64,000 bases of DNA from an uncultured Nitrososphaerales archaeon (lineage in GTDB: Archaea > Thermoproteota > Nitrososphaeria > Nitrososphaerales > Nitrososphaeraceae), in assembly GCA_963695855.1 (NCBI GenBank), contig CAVOHZ010000008.1, forward strand, positions 1 to 64,000. The letters are read 5' to 3'. The notes beneath the pieces were generated by a model. The model saw only the letters and a program-made list of their open reading frames with translations. It was not told where the DNA came from and did not search any database. The position numbers and the translations under genes were made by a program. Shown in pieces: positions 53,561-64,000 of this stretch (position 1 is its first letter; the number at the start of each line of letters is the position of its first letter).

Positions 53561-53584
53561 GTAGGACCAGTGGGATTTGAACCC
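53561..53584 (-). other. Orphan tRNA 3'-end-like fragment
   Basis: Reverse complement GGGTTCAAATCCCACTGGTCCTAC. Confidence 0.5.
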
Positions 53585-53850
53585 TTCTGTAAAGTGGGAC
53601 CAGTTACTTATTCAATTATATTATGTAATATAGAATAACATAGTTTAAGGATTAAAGAGAATTTTTTGGTGATTGTTAACAACATATCATCTAGGGATAA
53701 CATTGACATCTGTGATATCCCTTTAATTAATATAGTCTCAACGTAAATCGTCTAAAATTTTAAACATGTTGCCAACTTGACTGGTTCTTAAAACTATTTT
53801 GATATACAGATCAGAATAAATAGTATAAAAACTGCTTAGCTATTTACCAT

Positions 53851-54843
53851 ATGGAAAGTTGTTTAGAACAAAAAAATTGCAACCAGGTAATGAATAATAA
53901 TAATTATGGTGGATTTACCAGATACAGGTGGGGCTGGATCTTGTCTATAATATCTCTTCTAGTACTCTTTAACTCATCGGTAGATGATCTGATGCAAAAC
54001 AATAGGATATATGCACAGGATGCATCATCACTTCATTCCTCATCAACATCACAATCCATACTCAAAACACTGGTCGCTAATGCAGTTGAAGCATTAAAGA
54101 TAAACAACACAACAAAAACACTTTTAAATCTAAATATAGTCTTGCAGGCACTAAAAGAATCCAACGAAAATTCATCATCAATAGAAGCAACGAAATTACT
54201 TCTAAATGATGCCATTCAAGCCGTAAACAACAAAGATACTTCTAGAGCATCTGCATATATGGGTTTAGCAAGTCAGCAACTTGAGGCGGGAGCAACTTAT
54301 TATGGTACACCATCTACTGCAAACGCTAATACAGTAGCTAGCAAAAATTTTCTATCATACGAAAATCCTGTTTTTGAAATAAAAATCAAGTATCCAGATA
54401 ATTGGTCATTGAGAACATATGCATACAATCTTGCTTTAAATAATACCGTTGCTGGATTCTATTCGCCTTCAAAAACTGCATCAGAACTTGGAAACATATC
54501 TGGTGTATCTGGACATTTCGTTCCATATCTAGACATATTCGTATTTTCATCAAAGAATAAGACTTTAGATCAGATAATTGATGGGAGAATCAACAGGATA
54601 CAGAATAGCACGTACTTTCTAATAAGTGAATCAGTTCCTTCTATGTTAAAAGGAAATCAATCTGCCTATACATTGGTTTATTCTACTACAGCAGGAAAGG
54701 ATGAATTGTTCAAAAAGATGCAAGTATATACAATATTTAAAGGTAAAGTATATTTGATCACATTCACATCACAAGATGCACTATTTTCAAATTACATACT
54801 AGTAGTGAAAAAGATGATTGATTCCTTTGAATTGGGAAAATAG
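53851..54843 (+). CDS. Exported PsbP-like domain protein
   Basis: FLSYEN...IKIKYPDNW..KVYLITF..KMIDSF. Confidence 0.8.
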   Translation: MESCLEQKNCNQVMNNNNYGGFTRYRWGWILSIISLLVLFNSSVDDLMQNNRIYAQDASSLHSSSTSQSILKTLVANAVEALKINNTTKTLLNLNIVLQALKESNENSSSIEATKLLLNDAIQAVNNKDTSRASAYMGLASQQLEAGATYYGTPSTANANTVASKNFLSYENPVFEIKIKYPDNWSLRTYAYNLALNNTVAGFYSPSKTASELGNISGVSGHFVPYLDIFVFSSKNKTLDQIIDGRINRIQNSTYFLISESVPSMLKGNQSAYTLVYSTTAGKDELFKKMQVYTIFKGKVYLITFTSQDALFSNYILVVKKMIDSFELGK

Positions 54844-55271
54844 CTACAAAACATAATTTTCTTGTATTTTTTCCCTCTTTTCTTATAGATACTAAATAAA
54901 TATCACAAGGTGTCTGGAATGTTATTACATAAACAGACTTAAAAAAGTAAGTAATGGTTTCCAATAGATATTGTCAGATATTTTGGAATAACTATTTTGA
55001 ATCTTTTCTTGAAATATTGTTGAGAAATATTGTTGAGTATGGATAAAATTTGTATCTATGTATGACAAAATATTCAAGATCCATTACGTAATTAACCGTG
55101 GATAAAATTTATGTCTGGACTAAATACTGAGAATATTATAAATTTCCATATTAGTATTTACCATGAATACATATTCAATCTTTTAAATTTTTGCATGGTT
55201 GCTAATTATGTTATAGTTCTAATGTATTCTTATAGAAAAAACTTAAGTACGATAATGAAAATACATCAGTA

Positions 55272-57122
55272 ATGATTTTTTTTTATGAAAATATGCCGAA
55301 GTTCTCGTTTACCTTGATAGCACTTTTAATTGCTGTCATGATAGGCGGATTTGTTTTAAATGTTTATGCTCAAAATCCAGAAAAGAAACCAAATTTTTTG
55401 GTAATTATGGGAGATGATTTTGGGTATTCTGATATCGGTCCTTTTGGAAGCGAAATTTCTACACCTAATTTAGATGCCCTTGCAAAAGATGGAAAGGTTT
55501 TAACTAATTACCACACAGCACCCACTTGTTCGCCTGCAAGGGTCGCGGTGATGACTGGTGTTGATTGGCATGTCGGTGGAATAGGAACCATGTATGAACT
55601 GATTGCTCCAAATCAGGTAGGTAAACCAGGATATGAGACTTACATAAACGATAGGGTGGTAACTGTTGCAGAATTATTAAGGGATGCAGGATACAACACA
55701 ATGCAATCAGGTAAGTGGCATCTTTCCGGACATGGACATCAACCTGGCACAACTCCTTGGGATAGAGGATTTACTAATGCACTTACTCTTTTAGAAGATG
55801 GGTCTAACCATTTTAACAATCTACCATACGTACCTGGCTGGTCAGTAACATTCACGCAAAATGCAACAGATGCTCCTAGACCTCAGAACGGAACATTTGA
55901 TAGCACTATGTATACTGACCAACTATTAGGGTTCTTTAAGAAAACCGAGTCAGAAAAGAAACCCTTCTTTGCATATCTAGCATTTCAAGTAGCCCACAGT
56001 CCATTCATGTCTCCTCCTGAACTAGTAGACAAATATGATAAAATCTACAGTGTGGGATGGGACAAGATAAGAGATCAGAGATTTGAGAAACAAAAGGAGT
56101 TAGGATTCTGGCCTGCAAATATGACAGACCCTGGAAGAATCCCTCCAAATGCTGTGTGGGAGGGCCTTACCACTGACCAGAAAAGTTATGCAGCAAGAGT
56201 ATTGGCAGTACACGCTGGCGGGATAGAACAGATGGATAAGGATATTGGCAGGGTTATACAATATCTCAAAGATACAGGACAGTATGATAACACATTCATT
56301 TTGTTTACTTCTGACAATGGCAGCAGCGAACCATTTGAAATCGCTCTCTTCCGATATGCTAGCGGTGTAGATCTTACACATGCAAAGCAATTTGTGGCTG
56401 GAATAAATAATACCTTGTCAAATCTTGGAAATCCTACTTCAGATTTTAATTATGGTTCATGGGGAACGTACGTGGCGACTTCTCCATTCTCTGGTTTCAA
56501 GACAAGCCTTTATGAAGGGGGCGTAAGACCGCCAGCTATAATTAAGGAAGCAGAATCGGTTTCTCCAGCACCAGCAAGTACTAGTTCAAGTTCCAACCTT
56601 GTCAAGAGTTTTGTATACGTGACAGACATAACGCCAACAATTTTAGAATTGGCAGGTGTATCACATCCTTCAACTTATCAAGGACATGATGTTCATGCAG
56701 TGATGGGAAAATCACTAAAGCCACTTCTGGATGGAACCATGGATAAAATCCATCCTGATGACGAGGCCATCTCCGGCGAAATGTTCAACAATACGAGCGT
56801 ACGAATGGGTGATTGGAAAGCCACCTCGTATGGGTACCCTCCACAATGGAAACTATACAATCTAGCAACCGACTTGGGAGAGAGTACTGACCTTGCAAAT
56901 GAGCATCCAGATATCCTGGAAAAATTAATTACTGCTTATGACAAGTATGCTCAAGACGTAGGAGTAGTAATTCCAAGGGGAGAGAAATTTTCACAAACTG
57001 CAAAGAATAATTTCCCACCAATAACTGAAAAAGACATCCAGACTATTGACTTGGCTAACATGCTTGTACCAGGCTATCCTTTGAGTGCAAATGCAACTAA
57101 TCCTCAAGCCATCATTAATTAA
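55272..57122 (+). CDS. Exported Cys-type arylsulfatase
   Basis: PNFLVIMGDD, CSPAR (CxPxR), GKWHL, SDNG, YEGG.R; signal peptide. Confidence 0.93.
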   Translation: MIFFYENMPKFSFTLIALLIAVMIGGFVLNVYAQNPEKKPNFLVIMGDDFGYSDIGPFGSEISTPNLDALAKDGKVLTNYHTAPTCSPARVAVMTGVDWHVGGIGTMYELIAPNQVGKPGYETYINDRVVTVAELLRDAGYNTMQSGKWHLSGHGHQPGTTPWDRGFTNALTLLEDGSNHFNNLPYVPGWSVTFTQNATDAPRPQNGTFDSTMYTDQLLGFFKKTESEKKPFFAYLAFQVAHSPFMSPPELVDKYDKIYSVGWDKIRDQRFEKQKELGFWPANMTDPGRIPPNAVWEGLTTDQKSYAARVLAVHAGGIEQMDKDIGRVIQYLKDTGQYDNTFILFTSDNGSSEPFEIALFRYASGVDLTHAKQFVAGINNTLSNLGNPTSDFNYGSWGTYVATSPFSGFKTSLYEGGVRPPAIIKEAESVSPAPASTSSSSNLVKSFVYVTDITPTILELAGVSHPSTYQGHDVHAVMGKSLKPLLDGTMDKIHPDDEAISGEMFNNTSVRMGDWKATSYGYPPQWKLYNLATDLGESTDLANEHPDILEKLITAYDKYAQDVGVVIPRGEKFSQTAKNNFPPITEKDIQTIDLANMLVPGYPLSANATNPQAIIN

Positions 57123-58356
57123 TGGATGGAAAAAAAGTATGCATTTGAAAGGATTAAAAAAGCTCAATTTTTTTCAACCTAATTTTTTTTTGATATTACA
57201 ATCAAAAAAAAAACAAAAGACTAAACTGTATACTCGATATCGATTAAAGCCATACACTTTTCTGTTCTCAATCGTATCTCTCATTTTTACTCTGTCCATT
57301 AACAATATACTTATTATAGTACCGCCAATTTCAGCTCAGACAAATTTAAGCTCGTCTTCTTTATCTGCTGACCAACAAACCCAGGACATTTTAGACCCTT
57401 TACCTTCTTGGAACGATGCCAAAGTAAAACACAATATAATAGAATTCGTACAAAATGTGACAGATTCTGAAAAAACCAATTATTATATCCCTCCTGAAGA
57501 CAGAATTGCAGTTTTTGATAATGATGGAACTTTATGGTCAGAAAAACCAATACCATTTCAAGGTTATTTTTCTATTGACAGAGTTCCTACTGTAGTTGCC
57601 AAAAATCCAGAATTAAAGGATAAATCACCTTTCAAAGAAATTCTGGCAAAGAACATGACTGCACTAAAAGACATGACAGAAAAAGAGGTAATGAACCTGA
57701 TTGTTACAACGCTTGCAAATATATCAGAAATTGAGTTTGATAATCTTGTTAAGAAATGGGCTCAAAATGCCACTCATCCAGAAACAAAAAGACTCTTTGT
57801 AGATATGGTATATCAGCCTATGCTGGAACTCTTGCATTTTCTAAAAACAAAACAATTTAAAGAATTTATTGTTTCTGGTGGAGGAGTAGACTTTATGAGA
57901 GAAGCGCTTTCCTCAGTATATGAAATTCCCAAAGATCAAATAATTGGAAGCAGTCTAAAATACAAGTTTGTAGACAAAATCAACAATACAAATAATGATA
58001 TTAACAACAACAAATCATTTATTTTCAGAGAACCTGTTCTTGTTTCCTTTGATAACACCTATGAAAAACCAGCCAACATTGCACTGCACATAGGCAAAGT
58101 ACCTGTAATTGTAGCAGGAAATTCTGATGGAGATCTGCAGATGCTTGAATATGGTGATGACAATAATCCCACAGGAAAATCTTTGAAAATATTGATTCAT
58201 CACGATGATCCTATACGAGAGTTCTCGTATGACAAAGGTGCAGAAAAGGTATTGGAAGAAGCTAAGAAACGCAACTGGAATATAGCAAGTATGAAGGATG
58301 ATTTTACAACAATATTTCCTTCTGTTGGAAATAAAACTTCTGATGCAAGCAAATAA
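57085..58356 (+). CDS. HAD-superfamily hydrolase (start uncertain)
   Basis: FDNDGTLWSE, VSGGG, GNSDGD. Confidence 0.88.
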   Translation: MQMQLILKPSLINGWKKSMHLKGLKKLNFFQPNFFLILQSKKKQKTKLYTRYRLKPYTFLFSIVSLIFTLSINNILIIVPPISAQTNLSSSSLSADQQTQDILDPLPSWNDAKVKHNIIEFVQNVTDSEKTNYYIPPEDRIAVFDNDGTLWSEKPIPFQGYFSIDRVPTVVAKNPELKDKSPFKEILAKNMTALKDMTEKEVMNLIVTTLANISEIEFDNLVKKWAQNATHPETKRLFVDMVYQPMLELLHFLKTKQFKEFIVSGGGVDFMREALSSVYEIPKDQIIGSSLKYKFVDKINNTNNDINNNKSFIFREPVLVSFDNTYEKPANIALHIGKVPVIVAGNSDGDLQMLEYGDDNNPTGKSLKILIHHDDPIREFSYDKGAEKVLEEAKKRNWNIASMKDDFTTIFPSVGNKTSDASK

Positions 58357-58418
58357 AACAAAATACATTCTCAATTATTTTATTATCTATCAAAACTCCC
58401 AATTCTATATTTAAAATA

Positions 58419-58685
58419 TTGGTTGACTATTTAGAGACAATAAGACTTCGTCGGGCTAGAGGTCTATTACTTGCATTAGATTTTGAAGTAGGAAGTGATA
58501 TTTTAAAAACTATTCTTGTACCTTCAGTTAGAGAACTTACAATATTGGCAGTCATTGTAGGAGTGAGAATTGCATTGAATTGGTCTCTCTCTAAGGAGAT
58601 AGATAGGCATTCAACAGTTATAGAAGAAAATCAACAACAGAAAAATACTACTACTAAACAAAATAAAGTCTCAAGATTTAAATGA
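58419..58685 (+). CDS. DUF1622-like membrane protein (C-terminal half)
   Basis: RGLLLALDFEVGSDILKT..R..LNWSL.KEI. Confidence 0.7.
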   Translation: MVDYLETIRLRRARGLLLALDFEVGSDILKTILVPSVRELTILAVIVGVRIALNWSLSKEIDRHSTVIEENQQQKNTTTKQNKVSRFK

Positions 58686-58703
58686 CCTCTAATTTATATT
58701 TTT

Positions 58704-59150
58704 ATGTCCTTCAATAATTTCTTGTCCTTTTCTCTTTTTCCTACATCAATAAATATAGAAAATATTATTTATATAATTACTTCATTAATTGATATTATTG
58801 CAATAACAGTAATTGCTGTTACCTTAATTCAGACAATAATTTATCTTTTAAAATACAATCTTAAATTATTATCCCTATTATCATCATAATAACCAAATAC
58901 AAATTTAAAAATTGTTAAAAGAAATTTTATTTCTGGTCTGGTTTTAGCATTAGAATTTGAAATAGCAAATGCAGTATTAAAAATGGGTCTTTTTCTAACA
59001 GTGGCAGTAAATCAGTCAGCATCATCAACAGCAGCAGCAGCAATTACATCAGAAAATTTATTTAATAATTTTTTAATTTTTATAATGATTCTTGCCGTTA
59101 GAATTGCGATTAATCAATCTCTTCAAAGATTTGATAGAAATAATAGATAG
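58704..59150 (+). pseudogene. DUF1622-like membrane protein with internal stop
   Basis: Continues past 58889 as GLVLALEFEIANAVLK..RIAINQSL. Confidence 0.55.
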
Positions 59151-59262
59151 AACTTCTATTGGTATTAAGAACAACAAAAAATAGGATCTTTCTAGATTTA
59201 TTCTATTTCTTCTGTTACTCTTTATTAGTTATATAATTTAATAAGATAATAACAATCAAAAA

Positions 59263-59460
59263 AATGACTACATGTACAATTTTAGATTCTTTGATTTGAG
59301 GCTTTGTTGCTAGTGTTCCTCTACTTATAGGCTCAATAGTTGCATTATATGTTAATTTACCAAAAAATGTAATTGCTTCAATAATGGCATTAGGTAGTGG
59401 AGTATTGATTGCTGCTTTGGCTTTTTTATTAATAGAAGAATCTTTCAAAAGCAATTCACA
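59263..59460 (+). pseudogene. ZIP-family metal transporter N-terminal fragment
   Basis: IASIMALGSGVLIAALAFLLIEESF. Confidence 0.5.
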
Positions 59461-59589
59461 TAGTGAAGAATTGTCACTATTCTATGGAGGAAAATTTAGA
59501 GAGGTCTTCCAAAAGCGAAACGATATGCTGATGAGATAGCTCCTACAAATAGATGAGATTTAAAAAAAATAACCTTATGTATTATTATG

Positions 59590-60570
59590 TTATGTGGTCC
59601 TGATAATACACCTGAACCCGATATGGGTCATCCCCGTATCGATCATCTGAGGTTGTCGAGCAGCAGGCCGGTATCGTAAACAATAATTCGGAGCGCAGAT
59701 ATGCGAACCACCTTTCACTACTTTTCTTGGGATCTTAAACTGTAGTTGTCTTGGATCATAACTGTATTCGGGTGACGTTACTCGTGGATTGACAGAAGTT
59801 GTGCAGCAAGTTTTGACCTTATTAGCAGATTCATCTAAATGTGGGACATACCAGTCCGATGTCCATTCCCAAACATTACCTGCCATATCAAACAAACCGT
59901 AACCGTTTGGATCAAATGAACCAACAGGAGAAGTGCCTTCATATTTATCTATTAATAAATTCTGGTAAGGGAATTCTCCCTGCCAGGTATTGGCCATGGG
60001 TTTAATAAGCTGTGTATCTTCATTTCCCCAGGTAAAATCCATTCCATCTAATCCACCCCTTGCTGCAAACTCCCATTCTGCTTCCGTGGGCAATTCTTTT
60101 GCTGTCCATTTAGCATAGGCTTCTGCATCTTCATAAGCGATATGAACAACAGGATGATCATCCAATCCAATAATGGTACTGCTAGGTCCCTGCGGATGCT
60201 TCCAGCTGGCGCCCTTCATCCATTGCCACCAGTTTTCATAGTTTTTCAGATCGACAGGTTCATTCCTTTTTTTAAAAACCATGGATCCTGGAACAAGATT
60301 TTCTTCAGGAACAGTGGGAAAATCAGCCAGATTCAATGGTCTTTCTGCTATAGTTATATAATTAGTTGCCGATACAAAATCACTAAATTCTTTATTAGTC
60401 ACCGGGTATTTATCGATCCATAAACCGTCCACTGTAACTTTATGCTCAGGTTTTTCTTCCGGGTAAAATTTATCTGAACCCATCATAAAACTTCCACCAG
60501 CTATAAACACCATATTTTCCTGGTGAAGCGCTCTTCTTTCTTTATTAATTTCTTCTGTTCTGTCTAACAT
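59590..60570 (-). CDS. Formylglycine-generating enzyme (SUMF1/FGE family)
   Basis: F.MGS, HPVVH, LPTEAEWEFAARGG, GL.DMAGNVWEW, KGGS..CAPNYC.RYR, GFRC. Confidence 0.93.
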   Translation of the reverse strand: MLDRTEEINKERRALHQENMVFIAGGSFMMGSDKFYPEEKPEHKVTVDGLWIDKYPVTNKEFSDFVSATNYITIAERPLNLADFPTVPEENLVPGSMVFKKRNEPVDLKNYENWWQWMKGASWKHPQGPSSTIIGLDDHPVVHIAYEDAEAYAKWTAKELPTEAEWEFAARGGLDGMDFTWGNEDTQLIKPMANTWQGEFPYQNLLIDKYEGTSPVGSFDPNGYGLFDMAGNVWEWTSDWYVPHLDESANKVKTCCTTSVNPRVTSPEYSYDPRQLQFKIPRKVVKGGSHICAPNYCLRYRPAARQPQMIDTGMTHIGFRCIIRTT

Positions 60571-60595
60571 GTTGAATAGGTTTTTTTTGTTGTTA

Positions 60596-62143
60596 TTAAT
60601 GGCTGGCAGTAGCTTCGGACATTTTCGCCATTGCATCATCTATCGTGAACGAGTTTGGCTTCTGGATGGCTGGGAACTCCTTAAAGGTTTCTGCAAACTT
60701 TCCTGCTGCATACTGAGCCAAGTATACAAAATAAGCATTGTGAATCATCCATTCCCAGTACGAATTCGAAGTGGTATCTGCGAATTCGTATGGATCGGTG
60801 CGAAGGTTGAAAATCTTTGGAATACGAAGGCGGATGAAAGGCTCAGCCCATACTTGGAGGGTTCCCGGGCAGCGCTGTTCCATAAATACGAACTTCCAAT
60901 TATCGAAACGTATGCCAAGTACATCACCATCGTCACTGAAATAGAAATAGATATTGCGGGGACTTTGTGTTACTTCACCAGTAAGGTAGGGCAGCAGGTT
61001 AAAACCGTCGATATGATTCTTATAGGTTCGCCCGATGGCTCTGTATCCCTTCTTGAGTTTCTCCACTACTTCTATATCGCCTGCCAGGGCTAGGAAGGTT
61101 GGCAGCCAGTCGTGGTGCTGAACGATACCATTTGAAATTGAACCGGCCTCGATCTTGCCAGGCCAGCGCACCAGCAACGGAATACGGAATGCCCCTTCCC
61201 AGTTGGTATTCTTTTCACTACGGAATGGGGTCGTGGCTCCATCAGGCCAGGTATTGCTGTGAGGCCCGTTATCAGTGGAATATACGACGAAGGTATCTTG
61301 GGCAATTCCAAGCTCGTCGAGCAGATCAAGCATTTGTCCAACATTTTTATCATGGTCGATCATCGTGTCATGATATGTAGACTGCCAGCGACCTGCCTGA
61401 CCTTTGCTTGAATCTTTGGTATGCGTAATAAAATGCATATGTGTAGTATTTAGCCATACAAAAAAGGGTTTTCCATCTTTATGCTGGCGCTGGATAAAAT
61501 CTTTGGCTGCAGAAACAAATTCATCATCACAGTTTTCCATCCGTTTTGAGGTCAGAGGTCCTGTATCCTCAATTTTTTGCTTTCCAACTTTTCCCCAACG
61601 CGGCATTTCTGTGGGATCATCGGTGTCTGTGGCCCAGGAATGGATCACACCACGAGGACCAAATGTTTCAAAGAATTGGGGAAATTCTTTTTTTGAAGGA
61701 TAGTTGTCCATTTCAGGCTCCTCCTCTGCGTTGAGATGATAAAGATTGCCAAAGAACTCGTCGAATCCATGATTGGTGGGCAACATATGGTTGAGATCGC
61801 CCAAATGGTTCTTACCGAATTGTCCTGTAGCATAACCTTCTTCATTTAACAATGCGGCGATAGTCACGATCTTTTCACTCATCCCTACCGGTGCGCCAGG
61901 CATGCCTACTTTGGACAAGCCGGTGCGGTAAACGCTTTGACCTGTAATAAAGGATGAGCGACCCGCTGTACAGGACTGTTCGCCATAGGCGTCTGTAAAC
62001 ATCATGCCTTCTTTCGCAATACGGTCAATATTGGGTGTTTGGTAACCCATCAATCCGTGCGAATAACAACTGAGATTGGTTATCCCAATATCGTCACCCC
62101 AGATGACAAGAATATTAGGTTGTTTTTGTTTTCCTTTTTCCAA
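60596..62143 (-). CDS. Cytoplasmic Cys-type arylsulfatase
   Basis: PNILVIWGDDIG, SCTAGR (CxAxR), GKNHLG, TDNG. Confidence 0.93.
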   Translation of the reverse strand: MEKGKQKQPNILVIWGDDIGITNLSCYSHGLMGYQTPNIDRIAKEGMMFTDAYGEQSCTAGRSSFITGQSVYRTGLSKVGMPGAPVGMSEKIVTIAALLNEEGYATGQFGKNHLGDLNHMLPTNHGFDEFFGNLYHLNAEEEPEMDNYPSKKEFPQFFETFGPRGVIHSWATDTDDPTEMPRWGKVGKQKIEDTGPLTSKRMENCDDEFVSAAKDFIQRQHKDGKPFFVWLNTTHMHFITHTKDSSKGQAGRWQSTYHDTMIDHDKNVGQMLDLLDELGIAQDTFVVYSTDNGPHSNTWPDGATTPFRSEKNTNWEGAFRIPLLVRWPGKIEAGSISNGIVQHHDWLPTFLALAGDIEVVEKLKKGYRAIGRTYKNHIDGFNLLPYLTGEVTQSPRNIYFYFSDDGDVLGIRFDNWKFVFMEQRCPGTLQVWAEPFIRLRIPKIFNLRTDPYEFADTTSNSYWEWMIHNAYFVYLAQYAAGKFAETFKEFPAIQKPNSFTIDDAMAKMSEATASH

Positions 62144-62779
62144 TTTTCTTTTCCTTTTACAATTACCAATTCTATTACTTAAGATTACCTAAGATTACCA
62201 AATTGGTTAATTGTCTGGGGTTACAGCAAATTTGGGAACCATAATTCATACAGCCGGTTTCATATGTAACTGCCATTGGAAAAATACTTCATATATAGAA
62301 GTTTTTTCACATATCCCTCATAAGCATTTTAATACAAAACAGAAAAGACACTATTCAAAAAGACATTCAGGAAAATTTTAATCAATTAATTAATGAGATT
62401 AAATCACAATAAAATTTTAGTTCTGTTGATTCACATCTTTTATTAGTCTCTCATAATTTCATAAATGGGAGAATATTGGAAGGGTTATCTGAATTGAAAT
62501 CTGCAAATGAAGAATAGAAGAATTCTAGTATGACAATTATGAGAATAGGAAGTGATTTTATTTCTATTGCTAAAAATAATACTACATATACAAATTACAG
62601 TACAGGAGAGATTTTAGATAATTTTGATAATATTTCAATAAATATTGGAAAGAAAATTATAAATTTAAGAATTCAACTCTCTAATTGACACACAGCTATA
62701 TCTGTACAATCAGGCTATGCCATTTTGAAAAAAAATATTAACTAAAGTTTTCTTTACATGATAATAAGATGATTACAAG

Positions 62780-63706
62780 TTGAATGTGCAAGTAAAAGAA
62801 ATCGAAATAATAGATGTAAATTATATTTATGAATTTATTAGCGAAAGAGAATGCAAAACAATAACTAAAATTATTATGAATGTACCTCCAAATATAGACA
62901 GATATAATCATAGTATTAACAATATGGTATATGGTCTGAAAGTTACTGACCATAAAGGTGTTGAATTGACCATAGTTGATAATGAAAAAACTAAAAGAAA
63001 ATTCCAATCTAATGATAAAAATGAAAACATTAAATTACAACGAAAAGATAGTGTACGTGAAAAAAACCAACCCAAATCAATAACAATTTTATTATTTCCT
63101 TCTGACCAACATTCTGAATATGGTTATGAAAATTATGAAATAAACATCTCGTATACTCTTTACAATAATTCTCAATTTAAGGGATTCTTTAAAGATTCAA
63201 TAGAATACCAAGAATTCTTAATTGGAAATGGATTTAATTTAATTACTGAAATTAAAGTTCCTGAACATTATAATATTGATGTTAAAACCTTAAAGTTAAA
63301 TACGTTAGAATCAGCTAATGTTAACAATAAGACTATTCCATTTAACTTTATCTTAAAAGACCCTAAACATGTGATCATTCAATCAACACAAAATCGTAAA
63401 ACAGATTTTACCATCCTAATGTGGAAAATTATTATAAACAAAATAAGTTTAAATTGGATCCGTTTTGGTTTCTATAGTTGGTGTTTCATAATAACATTTA
63501 TTCCACTCTTAACTTTTTTTCATCCGCCATCCGTGACATCTATTGTGGGAACACTCGGAGCATTACTTGCTTCTTTACTATCAATTAGACTTAAAATTAT
63601 GTTTGAAATATCATTAATAGAAAGATGGAATAATATTTACATCTGGATGTTAGTTTCTATTTTTATAGAATCAGGTTTCCTATTATTTGTAAGATTCTCC
63701 TTATAA
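62780..63706 (+). CDS. Hypothetical protein with C-terminal TM helices
   Basis: 308-aa ORF; three hydrophobic helices at the C-terminus. Confidence 0.6.
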   Translation: MNVQVKEIEIIDVNYIYEFISERECKTITKIIMNVPPNIDRYNHSINNMVYGLKVTDHKGVELTIVDNEKTKRKFQSNDKNENIKLQRKDSVREKNQPKSITILLFPSDQHSEYGYENYEINISYTLYNNSQFKGFFKDSIEYQEFLIGNGFNLITEIKVPEHYNIDVKTLKLNTLESANVNNKTIPFNFILKDPKHVIIQSTQNRKTDFTILMWKIIINKISLNWIRFGFYSWCFIITFIPLLTFFHPPSVTSIVGTLGALLASLLSIRLKIMFEISLIERWNNIYIWMLVSIFIESGFLLFVRFSL

Positions 63707-63907
63707 CTACGATAAATACCATTACTTATTTTTATTGTAAAAATACCATCGCTAATATATAATGACTCGAAAGATTATAAAAAATTACATTAAATCAATT
63801 ATTTTAAAGGATGAGAATTACTGAGAAGATATTATTTAAAATATAAGCATATTTAAAAAATATCTACAGCTTTATTATGTACTCATTTTGATACTTAATT
63901 AGATAAG

Positions 63908-64000
63908 ATGGAATATCCTATATTGAACCCAGAAGACTTGATTCGACCTTTTTTAGAATATCTTACATTGATAATTGATGTAGCTGCGGGAATAGTTATT
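63908..64000 (+). CDS. Probable DUF1622-like membrane protein, truncated by window end
   Basis: MEYPILNPEDLIRPFLEYLTLIIDVAAGIVI..., similar to the 58704 N-terminus (IDIIAITVI). Confidence 0.35.
   Translation, partial: MEYPILNPEDLIRPFLEYLTLIIDVAAGIVI

Overview
AT-rich archaeal DNA. The intron-containing tRNAs, TBP, RadA-like protein and gene content point to Nitrososphaerota (Nitrosocosmicus-like); this assignment is an inference. The window opens with tRNA-Asp(GUC) carrying a non-canonical D-loop intron, a degenerate IS630 and tRNA-Lys(UUU). A roughly 41-kb integrative element is inserted in the 3' end of tRNA-Lys, bounded by a 17-bp direct repeat at 2806-2822 and 43679-43695. Its left half (about 2.9-21 kb) is a backbone: tyrosine integrase, wHTH and RHH regulators, RadA-like protein, ApeA-type HEPN gene, type I R-M plus M48 protease, an extra TBP, an MCM-like AAA+ pseudogene and a stand-alone proteasome-beta-like gene. 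Its right half (about 21.7-43.7 kb) is the most unusual part. About 14 co-oriented copies of a 40-85-bp motif in two subfamilies (each with an internal palindrome, and ending where preserved in a decayed copy of the tRNA-Lys att core) divide it into 0.4-5-kb units of one to a few genes. Some units are duplicated and reshuffled at these sites, which resembles an integron-like cassette array driven by a tRNA-targeting integrase. Beyond attR lie an inverted copy of the motif, further tRNA 3' fragments, an MFS transporter, IS110, IS1595, an IS6-family transposon with passenger genes, and a sulfatase/FGE/HAD cluster. All calls come from reading the sequence by eye; no searches or folding were run.
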